Assembly (NCBI GenBank): GCA_036272195.1
Contig: DATAZE010000058.1
Span: 16,326-80,325, forward strand
From: Verrucomicrobiia bacterium
GTDB taxonomy: Bacteria > Verrucomicrobiota > Verrucomicrobiia > Limisphaerales > DASXHY01
Reading direction: 5' to 3'
Length of the DNA stretch: 64,000 nucleotides
Shown here piece by piece: positions 17,231 to 25,900 of this stretch (position 1 is its first letter; each line of letters begins with the position of its first letter). The translations under genes and the position numbers were made by a program. The notes under the pieces were generated by a model. That model saw nothing but the letters and a program-made list of their open reading frames with translations. It was not told the origin of the DNA and searched no databases.

Positions 17231-18601
17231 TTATGCATCCAGCACCAAATTCGACTTCGGTTTGCAAATACACGTCAGGCACGAACCTGTCTCGGCGCTC
17301 GCGCCTTGCGACGCCAGATATTCCACGTCGCCGGATTTGATGGCCACCAGGCAGGTGCCGCAATTTCCCGCGCGGCAACCGGCATCAATCCTGACTCCAC
17401 GCGCTTCGGCAAAGTCGAGCAGCGAACCCATCGCCGGGTCCCAATGATGCGTTTTGTTCGATTTGCCGAACGTCACCGTGATCTTCGAGAGCATCATCGT
17501 GTCGCTCGCCGATGGTGGCGCGGCTTTTTTCACCGACGCCGGGCCGAACGCTTCGAAATGCACATTTGCATCCGGCACGCCCCATTCCGTGAGTCCGTCC
17601 GTGATGCTCTTCATGAAAGCGCCCGGGCCGCACAGGAAATAATCGTAATTGTTCGAGGGCAGCAATTGTTTGAACAACTCCACCGTCACGCGGCCTTCGT
17701 GCTGGTAATCTTTGCCCTTGGCATCCTCTTTGGCCGGTTTGCTGTAGCAGACGTGCAGGCGCACGTTTTCATTTCCGGCGGCGATTTTTTCGAGATGCTC
17801 CTTGAGGATATGTTCCTTGCGATTGCGCGCGCCGAAGAAAAACCACACCTCGCGCTTTTGCCCGCTCTCCACAATCGCGTTCAGCATGCTCACCATCGGC
17901 GTGATGCCCACGCCGCCTGAAATCAGCACCACCGGCTTTTCCTCGGACATCTCCAGAAAGAAATGGCCGCCCGGCGCTTTCACATCGAGGATGTCGCCCA
18001 CTTTGATGGTGTCGCAGAAATACGACGAGGCAATCCCGCATTTGGCGCCCTCACAATCCGGCGGCGGCAGCGCCTTTTTGATCGTGACGCGGTAACAATC
18101 GGGCCGATGCGAATCCGAGAGCGAATAACAGCGGATGACGGGCTTGCCCTGGCCGGGCAGGTTCAGTTGAAAGGTAATATATTGGCCGGGTTTAAACTGC
18201 GGGAGCGGCCGCCCATCGTGCGGAGCGAGATAAAACGAATGCACGTCCTCGCATTCGCATACTTTTTTAAGGACCTGAAATTTTCGGTAACCGTTCCAGA
18301 CGAGGTTGATTTGTTCGACCTCTTTGGTCCGGGCTTTGGCCGTCTGGATTTCGATTTTTAACCGCTGGCGCGCCAGTGATTGTTGCTCGCGCTCGAATGA
18401 CAGTCGCCGCAAAGTCCCGTAACAAAGCGAGGCGGCGTAAAGGGTCAAAAATCCGAGCAAGAGATAACCGAAGAGGAGACTGATATTTCCCCCAAATGCA
18501 GATTGCATCTGTTGTATAAGGGATTGCATTTCTGGTGTGCAGAATATAACAAGGCGCTGTGCCCGGCAAACATTTAACTTGGTTCTCGCGGCATTCAACA
18601 A
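17231..18601 (-). CDS. Membrane-anchored FNR-like oxidoreductase (FAD + NAD(P)H domains) with a C-terminal plant-type 2Fe-2S ferredoxin
   Basis: It has an N-terminal TM helix, the RCYSLSD (RxYS) FAD motif, GGVGITPM NAD motif and CRAGNCGTC...CLTC 2Fe-2S motif. The true start may be MQSLIQ at 18529. Confidence 0.8.
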   Translation of the reverse strand: MLNAARTKLNVCRAQRLVIFCTPEMQSLIQQMQSAFGGNISLLFGYLLLGFLTLYAASLCYGTLRRLSFEREQQSLARQRLKIEIQTAKARTKEVEQINLVWNGYRKFQVLKKVCECEDVHSFYLAPHDGRPLPQFKPGQYITFQLNLPGQGKPVIRCYSLSDSHRPDCYRVTIKKALPPPDCEGAKCGIASSYFCDTIKVGDILDVKAPGGHFFLEMSEEKPVVLISGGVGITPMVSMLNAIVESGQKREVWFFFGARNRKEHILKEHLEKIAAGNENVRLHVCYSKPAKEDAKGKDYQHEGRVTVELFKQLLPSNNYDYFLCGPGAFMKSITDGLTEWGVPDANVHFEAFGPASVKKAAPPSASDTMMLSKITVTFGKSNKTHHWDPAMGSLLDFAEARGVRIDAGCRAGNCGTCLVAIKSGDVEYLASQGASAETGSCLTCICKPKSNLVLDA

Positions 18602-18695
18602 AAGAAAAGTGGCGGAGATCCGTCGCCATCCAAAACCTTGCGGATATCTTTGTGCGGCCGACCGCGCGCCAGCGGTTGCTCTGCTGGTCTTGCAG

Positions 18696-18882
18696 CCCGT
18701 CAGGGCGAAAGAAAATAGCCCACCGCTTCAGTGGTGGGGCGTTGCGCGCGAACGTTCAAAGTCCCGGAGGGACGGCAGAACCTCATGGAAGGAATTTCTG
18801 CCGTCCCTGCGGGACTTGGCAAAGCATGGACGTTCATCCCAGCGATGAATCACTGGGCTATTTTCTTTCGTCCTGGCGGACT
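18696..18882. repeat. REPIN/MITE-like nested palindromic element (transposase-less copy of the RAYT element at 22281-22911)
   Basis: Outer inverted arms run (CCCGTCAGGGCGAAAGAAAATAGCCCA ... TGGGCTATTTTCTTTCGTCCTGGCGGA). Inner arms are GTCCCGGAGGGACGGCAGAA (18761-18780) and TTCTGCCGTCCCTGCGGGAC (18796-18815), separated by 15 nt. Confidence 0.75.
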
Positions 18883-20031
18883 TGGCTTTTGGGCCTGCGC
18901 TCGCCCATTGCGGGTTTCGTTCTGATAACTTTATTCGTCATTTCCCCGCCGCGGGTTTTTGCTGATGAAACAACCTCTCCAGTTGTCGCGCCTAAATTTC
19001 TCGGTTCACAAACCTGCAGCTCGAGCAGTTGCCACGGCGGCGCAGGTGAAAAAAGCAATCAATACACGATCTGGTCCACGCACGATTTTCACCACGCGAG
19101 GCCTTATGCGACGCTCGAAACCGCACGATCCGAGCGGTTGGCTGAAGTCTTGAAACTCGGCAATCCCACACAAAGCGCGCGCTGCACTGTTTGTCATGCG
19201 CCTTTTGCCACTGTTCCCGCGGATCGCCTCGGCCACGATGCGCAAATCAGCGAAGGCATCTCGTGCGAAACCTGCCACGGCCCCGCCGAAAACTGGCTCC
19301 GTTCCCACACCCGGCACGATTACACGCACGCCGACCGCGGTGCCGCCGGAATGCGCGACCTGAAAAATCTCTACGTCCGCGCAAACACATGCGTCGCCTG
19401 CCATCAGAACATCGATCCCGAAATTCGCGCCGCCGGCCATCCGGAATTGATTTTCGAATTGGACGGGCAATCGGTGACGATGCCGAGGCACTGGCGCGAG
19501 GAGCGAACGCCGGCTGATCGGTGGTTTGTTGGGCAGGCAGTCGCGCTTCGCGAAATGAGCGCGCAATTACAAAGTTTTCCCAGCCTGGAGTTATCGAATC
19601 GCTGGGCCGGTCTTTTATGGGTGCTTCAACGGGCGGGCAAACCTGAAATTCTCCAAACGAATGACGAAGACATTGCGCGGGTGCAAAAACGTTTCGACGG
19701 TTTTGCGCGGGAAATCGCAATGATCCCAAAAGAAGAACCTTCCGCAAACGGCCTGAAACAAACGGTCCAACAGCTCTCCGCGAGCAGCACAGCTTTTGAA
19801 GATAAAATGATTCCCGTCCCACTCCAGGCACGCCGCGCCGAACGCCTCACACTCGCATTAGACCGTCTGGTTATAATGCTTCCCGGCGTAACCACCAATT
19901 CCGCCGTGAACCAATCCCTGAACAAGCTTTTTGCCGACGCCCAATCGCTGCCGGATTTTGACCCGAACCAGTTCGCGAAGGACCTGAACACATTCCATTC
20001 CAGTGTCGCCGGCTTTCTGGAAACAAAATAA
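18826..20031 (+). CDS. Exported tetrahaem c-type cytochrome (cytochrome c554-like N-terminus)
   Basis: Three CXXCH motifs (CTVCH, CETCH, CVACH) plus one CX4CH (CSSSSCH). The signal peptide ends in VFA/DE. ATG 18826 lies inside the REPIN; an alternative TTG start is about 18886. Confidence 0.75.
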   Translation: MDVHPSDESLGYFLSSWRTWLLGLRSPIAGFVLITLFVISPPRVFADETTSPVVAPKFLGSQTCSSSSCHGGAGEKSNQYTIWSTHDFHHARPYATLETARSERLAEVLKLGNPTQSARCTVCHAPFATVPADRLGHDAQISEGISCETCHGPAENWLRSHTRHDYTHADRGAAGMRDLKNLYVRANTCVACHQNIDPEIRAAGHPELIFELDGQSVTMPRHWREERTPADRWFVGQAVALREMSAQLQSFPSLELSNRWAGLLWVLQRAGKPEILQTNDEDIARVQKRFDGFAREIAMIPKEEPSANGLKQTVQQLSASSTAFEDKMIPVPLQARRAERLTLALDRLVIMLPGVTTNSAVNQSLNKLFADAQSLPDFDPNQFAKDLNTFHSSVAGFLETK

Positions 20032-22222
20032 GCGCTGCTTGGCGCTGCCCGTTTTTTGCCTGAGCGCCACGCTCGCGGCGGCGCAAACGAACTCCGCGCC
20101 CAACACCAACGCCCTCGCGCCGCACCAATTCATCGACACCAATTCACCGCCGCAATCGCCGGTAAAATTCAACCCGGACTTCGGCGTCCCGCCCTCGCGC
20201 TACCATCCGAGTCCAGCGCCCAATCCATCGATCAGCTCGCGCTGGGTGACAAATCTTCCGCCCGAACCAGTCGCACCGCCGGTTTTCAATCCCGACCCCG
20301 GCGCGATGTTGAAATCACAAACAACCAACACGCCGTTCTTTACCAACACATTTTCACCACCACCCGCTTATTCCGGCGAAGCGATACCCCCGGGGTTCAC
20401 GTTGCCGCGCCCGAACGTGCGCAGCGAACAACTCGAACTCACGAACCAGCCCGCGGGCAATTACGGCGCGGGCCCGCTGCCGCCCGGCCTCGAATTGCCC
20501 CGCACCAACACGCGCGGCAATCTTTACATCAAGGAAAAATGGGATACCCCGAAATACGCGCCGCTTTATGATTATACGCTCCCGCCATTCGCCGAACCCG
20601 AAACGAACCGGTGGCGCATCGGTTTTGTGCCGTGGCGCCGTTACACCAGCGGCGACATCGAGCAGCCCTATGAATCACCCAAGCCGATGCTCTGGCGGCC
20701 CTACGCGCAAAGCCTGCTCAAAGGCGACGCGCCCATTCTCGGACAGGATGTTTTTCTGGACCTGACCGCCGGCTCGGAAACCACTTTTGAATTGCGCCGC
20801 GTGCCGACGCCGAGTGGCGTCAGTTCATCGCACCCGAATAACGCGGAATTTTTTGGCAAAAGCGAGCAGATGTTCGTGCAAAATAATTTTTCATTCACCG
20901 TCGACCTCTTCCAAGGCGAAACCGTCTTCCAGCCGGTGCATTGGGCCTTGCGGCTGGAGCCGGTCTTCAACGTCAATTACACTGACACACGCGAGAACAA
21001 CGTCATCAGCCCGAATCCCCAGCGCGGCACGGATCGTCTCGATAGTTTCGTCGCGCTTCAGCAGGCGTTCATTGAGCTTCATCTCGGCGATCTTTCGGAG
21101 AATTATGATTTCATGGCCACGCGAATTGGCAACCAGCCCTTCAACAGCGATTTTCGCGGGTTCATTTTCAACGACGTCAATCTCGCTGCGCGTCTGTTCG
21201 GCAATTACGACAACAATCGCTGGCAATACAACGTCATCGTCTTCGACATGGACGAGAAGGACACGAATTCCGAGCTGAACAAATTCGCGCGGCGCGGCCA
21301 GGACGTTTTCATCGCGAATTTATTCCGCCAGGATTTCCTGTGGCACGGCTATACGGCGCAATTGAGTTTTCACGCGAATTTCGACCACGGCGGCACGCAC
21401 TACGACGAAAACGGGAACCTCACCCGCCCAGCGCCCCTCGGCTCGGTGGTGCCGCACGATGTGAACGCATTTTATTTTGGCTGGGCGGGGGACGGGCACA
21501 TTGGCCGGTTGAATCTCAGTCACGCATTTTATGAGGTGGTTGGGCACGACAGTTTCAACGGCCTCGCCGGCCGCCCGGTGGACATCAACGCTCAAATGGC
21601 CGCGCTGGAACTCTCTTATGATCGCGATTGGATCCGCTACAAGGCGTCCGTGTTCTATGCCTCCGGCGATCACAAAGCCACCGACGGCACGGCGAACGGG
21701 TTTGATTCCATTGTCGACAACCCGAATTTCACCGGCGGCCCGTTCAGTTGGTATGTGCACCAGGGATTCAACCTCGCCGGCACCGCAGTCGGCTTGAAAC
21801 AGCGCGACAGCCTCATCCCTGATTTGCGCACGAGCAAAACGGAAGGACAGGCGAACTTCGTTAACCCGGGCGTATTGCTCCTCGGCCTGGGAACGGAAAT
21901 GGATTTGACCCCAAGGCTGCGGAGTTTCATCAACGCGAATTACGTTCGCTTCATGGAAACCGATGCCATCAAAACCGCGCTCCTCACCGACAAAGTGGAC
22001 AATGAACTCGGCTACGATTTAAGCCTCGGATTTCAATATCGTCCGCTGTTGACGGACAACGTCATCATTTCGACCGGCTTTGGCACATTGATTCCCGGCA
22101 CCGGCTACCGCGACATTTACAAAACCAGCAGCGATCCTGTTTCCGGCTACGGCTCGCACGGCCGCGGCCGGGTGGATGATTTTCTTTACAGCGTGGTGTT
22201 GTCCGTCACACTTACTTATTAA
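20003..22222 (+). CDS. Putative outer-membrane beta-barrel (porin-like) protein with a Pro-rich N-terminal region
   Basis: Signal peptide LALPVFCLSATLAAAQ (an alternative TTG start is 20039). It is rich in alternating aromatic/polar strands and ends in the terminal ...VVLSVTLTY aromatic residue typical of OMPs. Confidence 0.55.
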   Translation: MSPAFWKQNKRCLALPVFCLSATLAAAQTNSAPNTNALAPHQFIDTNSPPQSPVKFNPDFGVPPSRYHPSPAPNPSISSRWVTNLPPEPVAPPVFNPDPGAMLKSQTTNTPFFTNTFSPPPAYSGEAIPPGFTLPRPNVRSEQLELTNQPAGNYGAGPLPPGLELPRTNTRGNLYIKEKWDTPKYAPLYDYTLPPFAEPETNRWRIGFVPWRRYTSGDIEQPYESPKPMLWRPYAQSLLKGDAPILGQDVFLDLTAGSETTFELRRVPTPSGVSSSHPNNAEFFGKSEQMFVQNNFSFTVDLFQGETVFQPVHWALRLEPVFNVNYTDTRENNVISPNPQRGTDRLDSFVALQQAFIELHLGDLSENYDFMATRIGNQPFNSDFRGFIFNDVNLAARLFGNYDNNRWQYNVIVFDMDEKDTNSELNKFARRGQDVFIANLFRQDFLWHGYTAQLSFHANFDHGGTHYDENGNLTRPAPLGSVVPHDVNAFYFGWAGDGHIGRLNLSHAFYEVVGHDSFNGLAGRPVDINAQMAALELSYDRDWIRYKASVFYASGDHKATDGTANGFDSIVDNPNFTGGPFSWYVHQGFNLAGTAVGLKQRDSLIPDLRTSKTEGQANFVNPGVLLLGLGTEMDLTPRLRSFINANYVRFMETDAIKTALLTDKVDNELGYDLSLGFQYRPLLTDNVIISTGFGTLIPGTGYRDIYKTSSDPVSGYGSHGRGRVDDFLYSVVLSVTLTY

Positions 22223-22280
22223 AGCCATGACGAAAATCCTTCGGTCAATAATCGGCACTCAGGGTAAACAATCTTTCGTT

Positions 22281-22911
22281 AGTCCGATAGGACGTCAGAT
22301 AATAGCCCACCGCTTTAGCGGTGGGTTTAGCCCAAACTTCCCAAGTCCCGCAGGGACGGCAGAACCTTAAAACATGCACGCGTTCACGAGCAGCCTCTAT
22401 CATTGTGTGTGGAGCACGAAAGACAGGCGGCCCGTCCTGACACCCGAAATTCAAGCTCGGCTTTGGCCATATCTAGGTGGAACTGCCCGGGCAAACAAAA
22501 CCTGGGCATTGGCCGTTGGTGGTGTCGCTGACCACGTCCATATCTTGCTTTCGCTGCCTTCAACACTCACAATTTCAAAAGCCATCCAATTGTTGAAAGG
22601 CAATTCGTCAAAGTGGTTGCATGAGGAGTTCCGCGATCTTCGGTCCTTTAATTGGCAGGAAGGATACGGAGCTTTCACGATTGGAATGTCGAGTGTAGCC
22701 GATACCAAAAACTATATTGCCACACAGAACGAACATCATCAGAAGAAAACGTTCCAGGAAAAGTTTCGTTCCTTTCTGGATAAGCACGGTTTGTCGTATG
22801 ATGCAGCGACCTTGTGGGACTAATTTCTGCCGTCCCTGCGGGACTCGACGACGCTCCGGCGTTCATCCCAGCGATGAATCGCTGGGCTATTTTCTTTCGT
22901 CCTTACGGACT
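22281..22911 (+). mobile_element. IS200/IS605-like RAYT element with nested terminal hairpins
   Basis: The outer inverted arms are AGTCCGATAGGACGTCAGATAATAGCCCA and TGGGCTATTTTCTTTCGTCCTTACGGACT. The inner arms are GTCCCGCAGGGACGGCAGAA (22345-22364) and TTCTGCCGTCCCTGCGGGAC (22825-22844), hugging the transposase ORF. Confidence 0.8.
22374..22823 (+). CDS. REP-associated tyrosine transposase (IS200-like Y1/HUH transposase)
   Basis: 149 aa. It has the YHCVWSTKDRRP start, the HUH motif (HVHIL) and the WQEGYGAF tyrosine motif. Confidence 0.85.
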   Translation: MHAFTSSLYHCVWSTKDRRPVLTPEIQARLWPYLGGTARANKTWALAVGGVADHVHILLSLPSTLTISKAIQLLKGNSSKWLHEEFRDLRSFNWQEGYGAFTIGMSSVADTKNYIATQNEHHQKKTFQEKFRSFLDKHGLSYDAATLWD

Positions 22912-25900
22912 GGGCTGGTTGCTTTCGCGATATTTATATTCCTGTCGTTTATTCTTTCGTCGACACCGCTTTTTGCCGATGACGCTGGCTTCGGCCCATC
23001 GATTTCCGTTCCGCGTGATTTGCCTGAAAACGATCCGCATGGTTTGCCCGCGCGAAATTGGATCGATCAAACTCGCGAAGAGGCCACGCACAAAAGCCTG
23101 GGCTGCCTCGAATGCCATAAAGGCATTGAAAACACATCCATGCACGTCAGCCCAAACGTCGTGCTCGGCTGCATCGATTGCCATGGCGGCAATCCGACAC
23201 CCGGCCTCACTCAATACAAGGCGCATGTTCAACCGTCGCACCCGGAATTCTGGCCCACCTCCGCCAATCCGGCTGACGCCGACGTGCTGCTCAATCAGGA
23301 ATCGCCGGAATTCATCCGGTTTGTGAACCCCGGCGATTTGCGCGTGGCGCAACAGACCTGCGGCGTCTGTCATCAGCAAGCGGTCGGGCACGTGTGGCTC
23401 AGCATGATGAACCACGGCGCCACGCTCTGGGGCGCGGCGCTATATAATAATGGCGCGTTTCCGTTGAAGAATTATCGCTACGGCCAGGCCTATGGGCCGA
23501 ATGGCGAGCCGTTGAAGCTGATAAATCCTCACACGCCCACGCCCGAAGAAACGCGATTGCACGGAATTTTGCCGTTCATCGAACCGCCGCCGCGTTTTCC
23601 CATCGCGCAACCGAGCAATATCCTTCGCATCTTCGAAAAGGGCGGCGAGAAGCAATTGCAACTCGGCATTCCCAATTCCGAAGAGGAGCCGGGGCATCCT
23701 GCGCGCCGTTTGTCCGAGCGCGGATTCGGCACGTTGAACCGGATTGATCCCGTTTTTCTCAACATCCAAAAAATGCGCCTGCATGATCCGCTGCTCGGCT
23801 TCATGGGCTCGAACAATCATCCCGGCGATTACCGGAGCAGCGGCTGCTCGGCCTGCCACGTGATTTACGCGAACGATCGCTCGCCCTCGCAGTCCGGCTG
23901 GTATTCCAAGTACGGCAATCAGGGCCTCAGTTTCAGCGGCGATCAATCCGGCCTGCGCCACGATGAACGCGGCCACCCGATTCACCACGAATTGACGCGC
24001 TCGATTCCCAGCAGCCAATGCATGGTCTGCCACATGCACCAGGGCAATTTATTCGTGAACCCGTTCCTTGGTTACACCTGGTGGGACCAGGAATCTGACG
24101 GCGAGTTCATGTATCCGAACCCGGACAATCCGATTGCCAACGACCCGCATTTCCGCGGCAGCCGCTCGCTCGCGCAAATGACGCAGCAGCACAATCCCAC
24201 GGACGAAGAATTTGTTAATTCCATTCGCAACAATCCCGAAGCCGCCGCGGCACGCGGGTTGTGGGGCAATTTGGATTTTCTGGAAAAAACCGCTGAGTTG
24301 AATCCGAAACTCAAGAACACGCAATTCGCCGATTATCACGGCCACGGCTGGATTTTCCGCGCCGTATTCAAGCACGATCGCCAGGGCAACCTTCGCGATC
24401 TCGACGACAACATTATCCCGCACGATGATCCGGATAAATGGGCCAAGGCCGTGCACTTGAAGGACGCGCACCTCGCGCACGGCATGCAATGCGTGGATTG
24501 CCATTTCGAAGCCGACGCCCACGGCAACGGCAATCTCTACGGCGACCCGCGCGCCGCCACAACCATCGAGTGCATTGACTGCCACGGGACTATTTTGAAA
24601 CGCCCGAGCCTCCAAACCACAGGCAATGGCGGCCAGATTGATTTGAATCAAAGTTCAACACCTTCGGGTCCGCGCTTTATCTGGGAAGGCAAAAAACTCT
24701 TTCAACGCTCCATGATGAGCCCGGATGTGCGCTGGGAAATTCCGCAAACGATGGACACGATCGACCCGGCGTCATCCCACTACAATCCGAAATCCGCGTA
24801 CGCGAAAACGCTGCGGCGCGAGGGCAAGGAATGGGGAGATGCCCCGAATGGTGAAAAATGCTCCCGCGAACTGGCGCATGACAATTCCAACATCTCCTGC
24901 CAGGTCTGTCACAGCTCATGGGCCACGAGCTGCTTCGGCTGCCACTTGCCCATGCGCGCAAATCAACGGGCGCCGGCCAATAAGTTCGAAGGCGTCACCA
25001 CCCGCAATTTCACCACGTACAACCCGCAGGTCGTCCGCGACGACGTTTTCCAACTCGGCATTGACGCCACTTACAAGAATCACCGGCTCGCCATATTGCG
25101 GTCGTCATCCGCCGTGATCGTCGGCTCGCAGAACGCGAATCGTGAATGGGTTTATTCGCAGCAACAAACCGTGAGCGCCGAAGGCTACAGCGGCCAGGCG
25201 TTCAACCCGCATTTTCCGCACACCACGAGCGGCGTCGGCACGACCAAGACCTGCACCGATTGCCATCTTTCGAAGGAGAATGACAACAACGCGTGGATGA
25301 CTCAATTGCTCGGCTTCGGCACGGGCGCGGTGAATTTCTTCGGCCGCTACGCGTACGTCGGCGAGGGCAAAGGCGGGTTTGATGCCGTCGCGTGGACCGA
25401 GCAGGAGGAACCGCAAGCCGCCTTCGGCAGTCATTTGCAGAAGATTGCTTACCCCGCTGATTACGCACAACACGAGACCAACCACGGCGTTCTCACCGAA
25501 GCCTATCACCATCACGGGAAGGAAATTCTCGATCTGACATTGCGCGGCGAATATCTCTACACGGCCAACGGTGAAGACGGCTTTGAAGTTTTCGACGTGG
25601 CGAACATCGATCAAAAAGGTTTCTCCGAACGCATTGTGAGCGCGCCCGTTTCGCCGCTTGGCCAGCGGACTTACGTGCGGACGAAATACGCCACTTCCGT
25701 CACGCTGCCGAGCACGCTGGGCATCGATCCGTTGCGGCAGCATTACCCGGAAATTTCCAAGGCTGAAATTAGTGGCACGGGCGTCCCGCCCGTGCGAAGC
25801 GCTCAAGAAACACACGGGCGAGACGCCCGTGCCACTACGAGCGACATTTACACGGGCAACGAAGAACAGCCCATCAGCCTCATCTACACCTGGGCGTTTA

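Noticed and set aside
22814-23326. 170-aa ORF starting MNRWAIFFRP inside the right arm of the RAYT element
   Set aside because: It is an alternative frame of the repeat plus the 5' end of the giant cytochrome gene. The cytochrome frame carries the signal peptide and the first CXXCH motifs, so this ORF is spurious.
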